The notes under the pieces: generated by a model | Seen by the model: the letters and a program-made list of their open reading frames with translations, nothing else | Databases searched by the model: none | Told to the model about the DNA's origin: nothing | Source of the DNA: Vicugna vicugna | Lineage: Eukaryota | Assembly: GCA_013265495.1 (NCBI GenBank) | Contig: MU061578.1 | Coordinates: 4,475,308-4,535,307, forward strand | Direction: 5' to 3' | Length of the DNA stretch: 60,000 bases | Part shown: positions 20,831 through 40,569 of the stretch, piece by piece | How positions within the stretch are numbered: position 1 is the stretch's first letter | How the letters are laid out: every line of letters starts with the position of its first letter | Program-made: the position numbers and the translations under genes

Positions 20831-22225
20831 TTTGGGAATTTCAGAATATGCCTCTCCACGTTCCTTCCCTCTTCCCCAGGATGCCTGAGTTTCTCCTCCG
20901 CTCTGCTTCCACCCTGCCTTGCTATCAGCGCCAGCCCCAGCTACCCGCTTGCTCCCTCCTTTGTGACCCAAGGATAGTGGGTTCCCCTCTCTGAGCCACA
21001 TGGTGAAAAGTTTCTTTGGGGCCCTAAAAGAGACTGGCCATGGGGACACAGGGTGGGTGGCTTTCCTTGTGCCCTGAGAGGATGGTTCACCTCCTGCCCT
21101 GTCTGGTCACACCTCCTCTGTCCAGAGGAAATAGGTGTGAGCAAGTCCCTTCTGCCCAGCCTGATCTCCCTGGGGGCCCCTTGGCTTTGAAGGCTTGGCA
21201 TGGCCTAATTTCAGTTCCCCTTTCACCTCGTCCAGACCCCTTGCCCAGACAGGATGGCCACACAGAGGTCCATCTGCTCAGCCTCCTTAGGACAGCCGTC
21301 AGATATGCAGACAAGCCAGGTTTGATGTGGTGGCTGGCCAGGAGGATGGAGAATTTGGAAAAGGAGGTGAGCTGAGCTGCTCAGGCTGCTGAACCAAGTA
21401 AATACTGTCCCTGGGGGAGATGACAAGGAGGGCCAGAGCAGAGGGGGACAGACAGGGCAAGTCTAGAGAAGGCATCTTAGGGAGCAAGGTCATGGTGAGA
21501 GGAGGACCCAGCCTGGCCTCACAAATCCATGACCCAGCTACCCAGCTATGTCTGTATCTCCTTCACAGACTGTAACGCTTTCTCTGTGGGTGATTCTGAT
21601 CATCATCTATCTCCTCCACCCACCCATGAGCTCTACAAGGACAGGATGGGTCCATCTTGATCCCTTCTGTGGCTCTGTGCCTAACCACGCTGAGTGCTTA
21701 TGAATGTCTGTTGAGTGACTGAGTGACCGATTCTGTGTGTGTGTCTGAGAGAGTCTAGGTGTGGAGCCCTCTCCCAAGGGCCCCCTCCACCCTCTTTCCA
21801 GCCTAAGGTGAGCACCCACACACAGCCCAGGACCCCACAGGGAGCAGTGCAGGGTATACAAGCAGCTGCCCCACTCTAGAAAGTGATTAATAACACCGTG
21901 CAGTCCCACCCTCCGTGGGGGAGAGCTGGGGGAGATTTCACACATGTAGGGTTTCCAGAAACTTCCTCCTTTAGAACCACACCCTTACCCCCCCAGACCC
22001 ACTCCCAGAGCCTGCTGGGATTCCTCAGAGGGGAGGGGGCCGCGGCAGAGAGTGGGGCCAGCTGTCCTTGATTTGTGTGGGGTTTTTCCACTTCAGATGC
22101 CGGATTTGCCTGAGCACATAGAGGATGCGGTTTTCTGTGGGGGAGGGGCGTCTAAGGGATGTCTACCACCCACCCCACCCACCCACTCCCAGAGCCCAGT
22201 TCAGCGTGGTAGGCAATGAGGGGGG

Positions 22226-22340
22226 CAGGCAGCCATCACTAGGGGAGGGACACAGTACAAAGCTGACAAGCAGGAACTAGAGGGGGCCAGGCAGCCATCA
22301 CTAGGGGAGGGACACAGTACAAAGCTGACAAGCAGGAACT
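22226..22340. repeat. Perfect 53-bp direct duplication (22226-22278 and 22288-22340; period 62)
   Basis: caggcagccatcactaggggagggacacagtacaaagctgacaagcaggaact occurs twice with no mismatch. Confidence 0.95.
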
Positions 22341-23959
22341 TTTCCGGCACTGGGAGCTGATTCAAGCCCAGCTCTACCCCTCCTAGCAGGTGACCCCGGC
22401 AGATATCCAGCCCCAGGAAGACCCAGAACCCAGAGCCCGAGGCAGAGCATCATGGGGCAAGTGCCTTGAACTCTGCCCTGCTCCCTGCCAGACCCCTCCC
22501 TAAGCTGCAGGCTTCCTTCTCTGACCACAAGATCTTCAAAATTGACCCCCACCCCATCCTCGGAGAACATTCTTGTCCCCTACACTGGTCACTGCTGCCC
22601 TTCCTCTGATGCCAGCTGCCCTGTCCTCCCCCAGCCTCCAGACACACACCAAGGGCTCCGGTCTCAGAGATAGGGACCCAAGAAAAATCCACTCTCCTGA
22701 GATTAAGGGAGCAAAAATCCACTGCAGACGGAGGTGAAAGGGAGAGCCCAGGGCAACAGACAGACTACATCTCAGGGAGCAGAGCCCACAGGGCCCTATC
22801 TCCTCTCTGCACCAGCCTCTAGCAGTGCGGGTGCCAAACCCTTTGAAGCCAAGAGTAGCTTGTAAATGTCCTGGTTGGAGATGAAACATGATAAAACATG
22901 AAGCCAGGGGCTGAACCATGGATAATCTCCAGGGTTTTACAAGGAATAAATCATGCCTAGAGACAGGTGCTGGCAGGGTGGTGAGGGCTGGAGTGGAAGG
23001 CGCTTATCTGCAGGTAACCCTCAGCCCCGTCCCCAGCAGCCTCCCCTTCTGTCCGCTACCGGAGGCTCAGCAACTGTCCTCCCTGTGCTTCTTGCCCTTA
23101 AGCTCCTGAAGCAGAGCCCTAGTGCCCAGGATCAGAGTAGACTGGCAGGTGGTTCTGGGGTTCCTGCATCCCCCAGGCCATGGATACACTCATGTAGATG
23201 TGTGCTTTGCTCATCCTGAGACTGTACGACACCTGCAGGGGGAGTGGGCAGAAGGCAGAACAATTGGATGCACATTCAGCTGATGCTACATGTGCAGCCC
23301 AGGAGACCCACAGTGCCTCCTGGGGAAGGAGAGAGCCACTGCGACAGAGCAACCAGGAAAGGCTTCTGGAAGGATTCCGGCAGGACATGTTGGGAGAGGA
23401 TAAGGAAGAAGGAATAGCAAACTCTGGGAGCCAGGAACACAGGAGCATATTTCTAGAACGGAGTCTGGCTGGCCTAGAGCCCCAGGTGCAGGGGTTTGGG
23501 TGCAGAGGGTGTAGGTAATAAAAACAACATAGTTGTTAAATAAATAACACAGCTAAAATTAACACAGATAAGTAAAACAGCTATTATTTGTGGAGTGGGA
23601 AATCAAGCTGGAGGGGGCGTTCTCCTGAACCTTAGCAAGCAGAGCCTGTGGGAACCACTGAGGGAAGTGACCTTGGTCTGATTATTACTTTGCAAAGATC
23701 ACCTTGGTTGAGACAGGTAGGAGCTGTCGCTTGTCGGGGAGAGAAGTGGGCAAAGATGCGTAGGAGATGGAACCTCAGGACTTGATGCCCCTGGAGTGGG
23801 CCAGGGTGGCAGAAAGTAAAACGTAGGCGTGAAAGGGCCACAGCGAGAGAAGGCCGGGGGCACCAGTAGGGTGGGTCCCATCCATCTGCCCTGAATAAGG
23901 GGCTTGGGCTTGGCTGGAGCTGGGAGGTTCCTGCCTCCCCCCCAACCCAGCTCTGTCCC

Positions 23960-24640
23960 CCACCAGCTGACTGCTGACGCTGACGGCGGCGGCGGCAGAG
24001 GCACCTTGGGCCTCGACTGCTTTCCTTGCACAGGTCACTTTCTTGAAGCCCATCAAATGGGGCCCCACACCAACGGCCCCCACATCCTCGGAAGCCAGGA
24101 GGCCTCGGCTTGTGTGCCGGCACTGGCATGTTGGGCGCCAGCGAACTAGGTAGGCAGGGGACGCTGGCTCTGACCACTGGATGCCGGGGGGAAGCCGGGC
24201 CGGGGCTCGGGGCGGCGCTAGGGCTGGCGGGGAGGAGGGGAGTGCGGGGGAGGGGCCAGTGGGTCGGGGTGGGGCTGGGGCGCGAGGGCCGCGAGGGGGC
24301 TCCGAGTCCGGCTGGATCCGGACTCGGGGGTGGGGAGAGGAGTCGGGGAGGGGCGGGGCATGGGAGGCGTGGAGCTGCTGGAGCGCAGGGTGGGGCTGGG
24401 GTGCGAGAACCCGGCCCGGAAGCGGGGATCACGGGTGGCGCGGCGTGAGGCCGGAGCCCAAAGCAGGGAATCGCCCAGGCCGTCGGAGCTGTAGCCACAG
24501 CGCCCCCGGCGGCGCCTCGGGGAACTGCAGCCCCGCTGGGACCCGCCCCAGCGCAGGACCCCATAGAGCAAGCGCGGCCCCTGCTGGTGGGTCCTGCACT
24601 CCGTCCTTGCGCCCGGTCCCAAGGGCTGGGACCTTGAAGA
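23960..24640. promoter_or_regulatory. Orphan CpG island with G-rich/GC-box core
   Basis: Dense CpG, several GGGCGG boxes and G-runs at 24185-24405; no recognisable protein-coding exon. Confidence 0.8.
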
Positions 24641-26949
24641 CCTGTGGACTCAGAAGGGGGGTCATCTTACGGGGTGGGGGCGCAGTGTGCATATCTCTCT
24701 TTCCAGGGCCTCGTATGGGGTGGGGGCATGATGGCTGACTTGGCGGTGAACTTCGAGTCTGGGCGCCCCCTTCCACTTGCCGGCCTTGCCCACATGCATG
24801 CTAGGGTTCAGAGGGTCCTGGGACCTACCCACGGACCTGCCTCAGGCAGTACCCCCACCAGAATCATGGCTCTTCCTGGCACTTATCACTCAGAAGAAAG
24901 GAAAACCTTGAATGAATGAAAGTCCCAAGCGTTGTCAATTCACTCACTTGTTCTGCATTTATCCAGCCCTCCTCTGAGCTAGCCTCTGCCTCCAGGCTGA
25001 AGATCAGCAGGGCCCCAGACAGATTCCTTCTTTCTCCCACCGGTCCCTGGCCCAGGGTGCCCTGTCCTGCCTGACTTGGTGTTAGCAGAGCACCAGGAGT
25101 TGTCTGCTCCTGAATGCAACCCCTGGCTTGAAAGACTATCTTGGAGGCTCCACCTGGCAAGGAAGGGGGCACTGGAGGAGGGCAGAGAGCCTTTTGTTTC
25201 TGAAGAAGGAACTGGAGCTGCAGGCCAGAGGTTATGGTGTAACCCAGCAGCCAGGAAGGGGAGGTGACATTATTTCACCCAGCCCCTGGCAGAGACCCTG
25301 CCCATGGCCATCCATTTCCCGGCTCCTGATGGGAGAGGACCTTGGAGTCCTGGGGCTCACCCTCCTCACTGCACTCTCTCCAAGGACACTGACTTCCAGC
25401 TGCCACCCTCCAGTTAACCAGGATGTACAAATGACTGTGGACCGCTGGGGTGCAGGCAGCCAGGCATTGCTCCTCACAGATACCCTATCAGTCTAACCTT
25501 CTCCACACTGGCCCATCTGGGCACCCCGCTACAGGTCTGAGCCCAGAGAGGCAGCCTAGGGGCACAGCCTGAACACAGTGGCTTAATTTGCAAGAGGAGG
25601 CTAGCCTGCTCTTGGGCCAAGTTCACTCTCAGGGACACTCTGGGCCAGGATGCAGTGCTGGGAGAGGTGGGCAAAGTCCAAGGTCCATCCTGGCCCTGCT
25701 AATCACTCAGCTGGCTCCCTCCCCACCCCTGGCCACCTTCAACATGCTTGCTGCCATCAGGCTAGACTGAAAAGTTGGCTGCCACCTTCACTGTTTCTCA
25801 TTTGGGGTAAAGAAGAAAGGGAAGGTGTGAGCAGAGAGGACCTAAGGCTAAATGGCCTCAGGCAAGTGCCTCCCCTCTGTGAGCCTCCTGTTACTCCCCT
25901 GCAGAATGAGTACCTGCCCCACTAGGGTTAGGTAGAGTGTCAGGGAATTGATGCCCATGAAAGCACACCAAGTGCTCAATCACCGCTCACCTATGGTGGG
26001 CTCGCTCTTAGTCAAAGCTGGCTGCTAGACACAGGCTGGCCTGGATCAGTGCCCCAGGGCTAGTGACAATCCTGAGTCCCAACTAGGCTCCACTTTAGCT
26101 AGTGATCAGCTTGGGACACAGAGGGTAAGTTGGTACAAGCTGGAGTAATGGGGTGGGGAACCCATTGTCTGCAATCCCAGGGGATTTTCTAACAGCTGCA
26201 ATCATTGCTGGCCTCCAGCAGGGCAGAGATGGAGATGTTTTCTAGACAAGGAGGCTGCCCCACTGTGGAGAGAGGGCAAGCAGCAGGAAGCCCCTCCTGA
26301 AAGGGGCTCCTCCACATCAGCCTACTTGGTGTTGTCAATGCTGACCATCCCCCAATTCCACTTACCACTTACCTTCCTCTGCTTGTTGTCAGGGATCTAA
26401 TCCACAGAGCACCGTGCACTCCGAGCCCATGCATCTACGTCATCCTCCTGCCCCCCACCCGCCGCCATGGCTTTCCTGTGCTCTCACACAACAAGGAGAC
26501 AGACTGGGTTCCACAGACAGAGGAAGGTTCAGTGCTCTGCCCAGTGTAACAAAGTGAGCCGGAGGCCCACCAAGGCCCAGCAAGTGAGCCAGCAGCCCCT
26601 GCACAGGCCAGTGACCCCACGGCAGCACAGAGACCCCTAGCCTTGGCAGGGGATCAGGGGAGGGGAAATGAGAAGGCTGAACAGGTCCACAGCACTAGCC
26701 TCTCCCTCCTCCCTCCCCAGCCACGCCAATCTCATCTGACCACCTTTGCCTTCATACCTGCAGGCTCCCCTCTACCCGATGTAGGGGTGCTCCCAGTTGC
26801 TGAGTCTGTGTCTTCCAATAATGCATTTGGAACTGAGAAAATAACCACGAGGTGGGGTTGGGGACTCACGAGACCCACTGTGAGACAGACCTGAGCTAAA
26901 AACTCCATTGACTACCAGACCTCCATAAGCCCCTAATCTGACACAGTTA

Positions 26950-27945
26950 CATTTGTGTCTCCTCAAATTGGTATCAGTCCAGAGCCAGTGTCCAGTAGTC
27001 CCTGAAATGTCTGATTATTTCCTTTTCCCCAGTGTACACTCACCCTGGCATGGGTCACTGTGGGGAAGGCTAGGAGAAAGACAAACCATCTAAATGTTTG
27101 GCAATAGAGCAGGGGCCTTCCTCAAGGGGTCCCACCACTGGTTCATTGAAGAGTTTCTAGACACGTAAACTGACTCAAGCCTGTAAATTGATTGAGGGGT
27201 CATGACTCTGTATTTATGAGTCAAGTTGGACTCATTCACTTGACCTAAAGCTCTTCTGCATATATAGATAGAGGGAATTCAGCAGGCTTCCAATCTATCT
27301 CACTTCTAGGAGCATGCTGTTCGACTGGCCAATGCTGGAATTCTCTTTGAGTAGGACTATTCTGATAGCTGTTTGGACCTTGCTGTCCATCACAGTGAGA
27401 ACACCTCCTTGCCTTTGGTCCTTGAGAGCCACCACTTGGCCCAGCCAGCCTGGGATCCTATGACCCCCTATGCATTTCAGTCCCCAAGTCAGTGTCAGCC
27501 AATCTCACGTAATTTCCGGCTTACAGAGAACAGTGATCACAGAGCTCTTCTATGATGCCGAAAACTTATCCCTCTCAATCGTGGTGAAAGTTGTGCTCTC
27601 TGGATTCTCCCAGGTGGGTGAGCGGGTCCTAAGAGACAAATCCACACTAACATTCCCATCTCCCTAAGCCTTTGAACCCCTCCCTCTATTAAACCAGGCA
27701 GGTCTGGCATTTCAACTCATTCAGTGTCGGCCAACCAACCAAACTTAGAGCCCTTCCTGATTCCCCAAGCTTTATCATTAAATCTAGAATCTCTGCTAAT
27801 GAGCCTCTGTCAATAAACTTGACCTGATCCAACATTATGTTCCCTCCAACCTTATCCCACCCCTTATTATCCATACCAACACATGTTCCCTGGGTTTCAG
27901 TCAAAATTAATTGGGGAAATCTTGTAGCTCTTTTGGAGTATAGCA
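26950..27945 (-). mobile_element. ERVL-MaLR internal (gag-derived) remnant
   Basis: Minus ORF 27689-27946 contains WDKVGGNIMLDQVKFIDRGSL...WPTLNE, resembling the ERVL/MaLR gag motif WDNGGRNIKLDQAEFIDMG...WPT. Left boundary is approximate. Confidence 0.7.
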
Positions 27946-28435
27946 CACCTCCTAATGGGTCTCGCTCTGCACCTCCCCCTCCAGGGCCTGGAGCAAGCCA
28001 AGTCTGCCGCCTTCTCAGGGCCTCTGCACATACTGTGGGCAGCTCCTCTCCTTGCTTCTGCCACCAGTCACTGCTGAAGTGGCACGACCCCTTCTTGGTG
28101 TCCCCTCCCTGACCACTGGGCCTAAAGCACCAGCCCCCTAGTCAGCCCCTCCACATATTCTAACATCTCACTCTGGTACAATTACACAGTCCTTATCTTC
28201 ATCTGGCATGAACTTACTGTCTCCTTAACTACACCTCAAGATCTTTAGGACAGGTCCCATCTGTCTTGTTCACGTGTGCATCCCCAGGGCTGTAGCCAGA
28301 ACCTGACATTGAACAGAGGCATGTCAATAAATATTTGTGGGAAAAGTGAAACAGTTGGGCAAAGGCTGACCCTTGGGTCCTGGCATCCCTGACAGCAAGC
28401 CTGTTAATAAAGACAGCAAGCCTGTGTTCCATTTG

Positions 28436-28441
28436 TTTATT
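28436..28441 (-). terminator. MSRB1 polyadenylation signal AATAAA
   Basis: tttatt on + strand, about 300 nt downstream of the SECIS. Confidence 0.75.
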
Positions 28442-28740
28442 GATCTCCTCCTGATGACCCTACAGAGGATTCAAGATAGGAGGGGGCTTTACCCACACTC
28501 CCCAATGGCAGGAGCCTCAGAGCAGGTGCAGTAAGGCATGGGCACTGTATCCTGGGAAGGGGTGAACTGTAGTCTGTGAGCTCCAGGCTCCCCAGCCTTG
28601 CACAGTCAAGGTAATGGAGCAACAACTGCTTTCCTAAGCTCAAGTGAGGCAAGCAGTGTTCACACAGATTGGGCAACAGGGTTCAGGATTTCATAACTGA
28701 GACACCAGGGATCTGTCCCCTCTGCCTGCTCCCCCAGCAG

Positions 28741-28802
28741 GTCACGATCATCACCACTCTGGCTGCCGGGAAGGGTTTCACCAGAGTGAATCATGGAGTG
28801 AC
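28741..28802 (-). promoter_or_regulatory. SECIS element of MSRB1
   Basis: Minus strand GTCACTCC-ATGAT-TCACTCTGGT-G-AAA-CCCTTCCCGGCA-GCCAGAGTGG-TGAT-GATCGTGAC: AUGA/GA quartet, 10-bp helix II, apical AAA, and GTCAC/GTGAC helix I. Confidence 0.93.
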
Positions 28803-29240
28803 AGTCTGGAGCAGCCGGCTGGGGCCACCTCTGTTTGCATTCTGTCTCCCAGCACAGCCTGGGGGAGGTGGGCCAGAGCCATCTCAGAACTGGGCCCCCC
28901 GGGGTGAGTCCAGACAGGCACGGAGGGGGCAGTGGGCTGAGGAGGAGAGAAGGTGGGGGGTGCACCATCATTCAAAGACAAGCTGGGCCTAGAGCCCACT
29001 CCCTGAGACCCCTGTGTGAACAGGAGGCCAAGATGAGCTGACGGCGGGGCCCTCCAGGCCCATTCTGGCAGCCTTTTCCCAAGGAGAGCCTGTTCACAGC
29101 CAAGGCCTTGGGAGCCTTCCCAATGTTTCAGCTACCCGCCCTCCCCCAAGCCTGAACGTCTGGGGTTCCACTTCCAAGGTGGGATGGCCAGAGTGTGGCC
29201 ACGATGCGGTGTCCATCTAGGATGGATATGGGCTGCCCGC

Positions 29241-32200
29241 CTACTGTCCCTGGGAGGCAGAAGTTTCTTTGCCTGGGGAGAGAAAAACAAGTCACTGCCA
29301 ACTTTTGTTTCAGACACCATGCCCAGGGCTAGCCCACCCTCACTCCAGCCTGCAGGCCAGGGAAGCGGGGAGGACCCAGACACCCAGCTTGGGGGAGTCT
29401 CTGTGCCTGTTTTGTTCCTTGAGATCTGCAGGAGAACACAGAGTCTCTTCTTTCTCCACAAGGACAGAGGAAAAATAGCTACAAAAGGACAGAAGTATTA
29501 TCAAATTCTTATCATGCATCAGCCTTTACGGATACCCTCACTTAACCCCCACAGTGACGACAGCGAGCAGGTGCTGTTTGCAACCCCATTTGACAGAGAA
29601 CAAAACTGAGACTAGGGACTGGCCACAGTCCTGAGGGCGGCAAATGAGGAGAGGGATTTGAGCTACAAAGAGTGGGAAGATTTAAAAAACTAAAAATAGA
29701 GTTACCATATGATCCAGCAATCCCACTCCTAGGCATATACTCGGAGAAAACTATAATTCAAAAGATACACACACCCTAGTGTTCACAGCATCACTATTTA
29801 CAATAGCCAAGATATAGAAGCAACCTAAATGTCCATCAACAGATGACTGGATAAAGAAGTTATGCTATATGTATACAATAGAATACTACTCAGCCATAAA
29901 AAAGAATGAAATAATGCCATTTGCAGCAATATGGAAGGACCTAGAGATTGTCATATTAAGTGAAGTCAGTCAGACAGACAAAGACAAATACCATATGATA
30001 TTACTTATATGTTAAACTAAAAAAATGACATAGATGAACTTATTTACAAAACAGAAACAGAATCACAGGCATAGAAAACAAAGGTGGGGGAGGGATAAAT
30101 TAGGAGTTTGGGATTAGCAGATACAAACTACTGTATATAAAATAGATAAACAACAAGGACCTAATGTATAGCACAGGGAACCATATTAAATAGCCTGTAA
30201 TAACCTGTAATAAAAAAGAATATACATATGTATAAGTGAATCACTATGCTGTCCACCAAAAACTAACACAACATTGTAAATCAACTATACCTCAATTTAA
30301 AAAAGAAAAGAAAAAAAGAGTGGGAAAAGTCCAGAGGGTGGCTGGGTACAGACAGTCGTGCAGTGAGCGTTTGTATGAGCAGGAGAGCCAAGGGCTGGAG
30401 GGGAGGCTGAGCTCAGATAAAACGCACACAAATGAAGAACAGCTCCCAAAACAAACACTGCCAACAGAAGCACATATTTATTGAGTTCCTGCTGCGTGCC
30501 AGACCCCAGCGTACATTAATGCAGCTGATCTCAATGGGCCTGTGAAGGAGGCTCTGCCATCATGCCCTCCACTCAAAGGAGGAACCACACAGCCCCCGGT
30601 CCTCAGCCTCTGTGCCGCCCTGCCTCCCACTCCTCAGGGGGAAGGGCTAGGCCTCCAGAGAAAACCCTTCACCACATCCACTCTCAGATGGCCCTTTTGG
30701 GCACACGTGATCAACAAGGCACAGGAGGCAAGACATCAGCTTATCCCTGCCCCACGGTCACCATTCAGTGGCCCTGGGCAGGACAGAGGCAGCGTGCTCC
30801 GGTGCCCCCATGCTTTGTCACTGTAAGTGGACAAGACCAACATGCCCCAGCCCCTGGGCCTCTCAGATGTACGACAGGCCTTTGCCCAGCTGCTGGAAGG
30901 CAAGCTCACCTTTAGGGATAAACTTCAGCGAGCTGCTGAATATTCAGAAACGGGACTGTCCCCGCTTGGGGCCATCATTCAGGAACTCATGGCCCAGCCC
31001 GTTGCCACACCTGCCACAGGACACCTGGGAAGACCACAAAACAGCCATGCGAGCTTCTGACCATGAAACAGCTGCAGCGGTAGTTCCCACTGCCACCAGC
31101 ATGTGGTGTCCTCCCCACGCCCGTTTCCCAAGGTAACTGCAGGTGTGAGAGGTGGAAGCCTTCCTGTTTCTCTGTTCTCCCCAGGACCCCAGGCTCTCCC
31201 AAAAGCCTGGAGTGGCAGCTCCCCTGGTTGAGGGCAGAGCCTGGAAGAGACAGACTCTAGGCCGAGAGAGCTGTTGGGAAAGCAGCAGGAAGGGGTGGCT
31301 AGCTCTTGGGCCCTCTTTGGCCAACATCCCATCAATGCATCCCTGCTGCTACCACCCACCTTTATGGCTCCAGGCCGATTATGCTCTGGACGCTTGGCCA
31401 CACTGTCAGCATGGATGGTCTCGGTGAAGGCCGGCCATGGGGATGAGTGCGCATACTTGGAGCGGCTGGAGAAGAGCTCGTAGCCACACTTGGCACACAC
31501 GTAGATGCCTGAAGGGGAAGGAGAGGCAAAAGCAGAGATGCTCATGCTGGCCTCTCTGGGGCCAGCTCCCAAATCCTTAAACCCAGGAGACAGTGCCACC
31601 CCGGTTGCCAGGTGGGCTGCATACCCTCCCCACGCACTCACCCACCCAGCACACATAGGCCTGAGTATTGGCTCTGTGGGGAACACACACCACAGAGCTC
31701 ACATGTAGTGTCCTTAGCATGTGCCAGAGACCAGGAGAGCCACTTTTCACACTTATCTCATGGACTCTTCTTAGCAGCCCTGTGGCACAGATGTGTTTCC
31801 CTTTTACAGATGAGGAGGCTGAGGCTCAGTGATACAAAACGCTCACCTACAGGGTGTACAGCCGGAAAGGAGCCTGGGCAGTCTGATGACGACACAGCAC
31901 TGCCCCCCGCCCACAAACAGGGCCCATATGGTGGGGGCTCTGACATGGCCAGCACCACCACTAGCCCCTCTCCATTCCCATGAGGCTATCCCTGCTACTT
32001 GAAGAAGTCTTGAGTTGGACGCCCAGCCACATGGCCTGCTCTCCAGGAGAAGAATGATCCCAGCAAAAAGAGCTCCAGTACAGATGGGGGTGCCCAGGAA
32101 GACAGAGGGCCACGGAGAAGAACAGGGTTTAACCTATCCCTAAAAGATCATTTTGAGGAGAAAAAAAAAGTTGCAAAACTGACTTGCAGAACAGGAAACT

Positions 32201-33317
32201 GCCAGGGGTCCTGAGTCACTCTTCTCTTCCCTTCTTGCCCAACTTGGAAACAGCCCCCCGCCCCGAGTCTGTCACCTACTCAGCCTTTACCAGTAACTGG
32301 AGGGAGAAAAGAGGAACCAGGAGCTGCTGTGGGAGTGGAGTTTCCAGCTGGGCAGAGTAGCCTGAGGACAACCTGGAGTTCCACAGCCAGAGGGTCTGAA
32401 GGGAGGACTTTGCCCAGAGGGTCCTATGTCACAGCTGGTAATCTTAGACACCAGATGTCATAGCTTGGCCCTCTAGAGGGCCGACAGGGAACAAATCCTG
32501 CCCCAGGTACATCACTGCACTAGAATTCCCTGTGGGTGTGTTTTTACCAAATTAGTCCATTACCAGGCAGCACAGCCCGGAAGAGGATTCATCTGGGCCT
32601 CTTGAAGCCTGAGGTCAGAGCTGAGGGCTGGCCCTGCCCCAAGCCAACCACTCACCCCCACCTCCCGCCCCTCCTACCTAGCCCAGGCAGTCCAAACTTC
32701 ACCGGCCATTGGCAGCCTGGCAGCACTCCTGGTTACCCAACCCCAGGGGCCCTGGGCAGGTGAGGAAGGCATCCAGGTAATCACATTTGGATCCCAGCAA
32801 GAGGTTCTGTGCTTTCCAGTTTACCCCGCAGGTCTGGGGAAGTGAGGAGAAAGGGCTTGGGGTAACATCAGGGGGATGCCCCAAAGAGGGGCAACCCAGT
32901 CACAGGAACTACCTCTGGACGGGACTTTCCACGGCATCCTTCTGAAGTCCAGATCCTGACCCATATACCTTCAACAGTGTCACCACCTCCATATACCCTG
33001 ACCCCACAGATTTCTCTTGAAACGGCCACGCTCACACTCAAAAGTCTGTCCTCCTCGAGGACAGCGACCCTTTAGACTCTCTAACGTCTCCATCCCCTAC
33101 TCCTACTCCTACTCTCCGGGCTCCCCAGGCTTGTTCCTCCTCCGATTCCCCTTACCGACATGCGCTATCATACTTGCTCCCCATTCCCGGGGCTCCCAGG
33201 TTCCATCAGCACCTGGAGGGCGTCCCCGCCCCACTGTCGCCCCAGGAGATAGCAGGTTGTACCCGGCTCAAAGTGGTTCTGGAAAACCTCGCCCCCGAAG
33301 AAGCTGCAGAACGACAT
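29241..33317 (-). CDS. MSRB1: Methionine-R-sulfoxide reductase B1, selenoprotein (116 aa; exons 33317-33263, 31508-31360, 31024-30910, 29272-29241; Sec95 = TGA at 30946-30944)
   Basis: [26 protein letters not shown]...SSPWPAF...|[48 protein letters not shown]. Two Zn-binding CxxC motifs; all junctions GT-AG; 351 nt total; SECIS in the 3' UTR. Confidence 0.97.
29679..30314 (+). mobile_element. 5'-truncated, relatively young L1 in MSRB1 intron 3 (antisense to the gene)
   Basis: L1 ORF2 end/3' UTR (gagttaccatatgatccagcaatcccactcct...), A-rich tail, 12-bp target-site duplication AAAGAGTGGGAA at 29667-29678 and 30315-30326. Confidence 0.92.
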
Positions 33318-33850
33318 GGCGCCAACGGGACCGCTGCTCGCTCGCCTCCTCAGACAGATGTGAAGCCGCCGACCCACAACCGGGGGCCTGCACCCTCCTC
33401 GCCCCGCCTCCGGAATACCAATAGCTCCAGGATCAGGGACGGGCCCCAGCGCCCTGAGGCCCCACCCCCTCAGGGGACCAATCACGTCCAGAGGCGCTAG
33501 ACACCATCGAAGGGACCGCCCCCGGCTGACCCGCCCCTTTCCGCAGACCAATCCCGCCCTGGGACGAAGGTTCTGGCTTCCGCCTCCAGGAGGCCCCGCC
33601 CCTCCCGAGGACCAGCCGCCTCCGCCTTCCCAGCAGGCCCCGCCCACCACTAAAGACCATTCCTGTGTGCAGCGTCCGTGAGGCCCCACCACTGCTGCCC
33701 AGGGGACGCAGCTGAGCTGCGCTGGGTTTGGGGTGGTGACCACGGTGCACCTTGAGCCCTGTCTTCTTGTCCCTTCACGGCGCTAAGTCCGGGGTCACCG
33801 CGCGGTTGACCAGCCTTTCCGTGCCCCACAACTCTGAGACACAGCGGGAA
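33200..33850 (-). promoter_or_regulatory. MSRB1 CpG-island promoter (three CCAAT boxes at ~33418, 33478, 33549; GC boxes)
   Basis: CCAAT and CCGCCC motifs repeated upstream of exon 1; CpG-rich. Confidence 0.75.
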
Positions 33851-33865
33851 GAGTTGCCTCTGACT

Positions 33866-33871
33866 TTTATT
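33866..33871 (-). terminator. RPL3L polyadenylation signal AATAAA
   Basis: tttatt on + strand, about 60 nt after the stop codon. Confidence 0.8.
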
Positions 33872-33932
33872 AGACGGGGGACAGGCGGGGATCCTGACAC
33901 GCTTCTCTCAGGCTCCCTCCATTCCATCCTGC

Positions 33933-40569
<6,637 letters not shown>

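Noticed and set aside
22226..22340. Repeat-spacer-repeat pattern as a CRISPR array
   Set aside because: Only two copies with a 9-nt gap, in mammalian DNA with no cas genes.
23632..24564. 310-aa Pro-rich minus ORF in the orphan CpG island
   Set aside because: Composition follows the C-rich strand skew and I recognise no homology. The island itself is kept as a finding.
30944..30946. Premature stop making MSRB1 a pseudogene
   Set aside because: It is the selenocysteine codon; the downstream frame is conserved and a SECIS is present.
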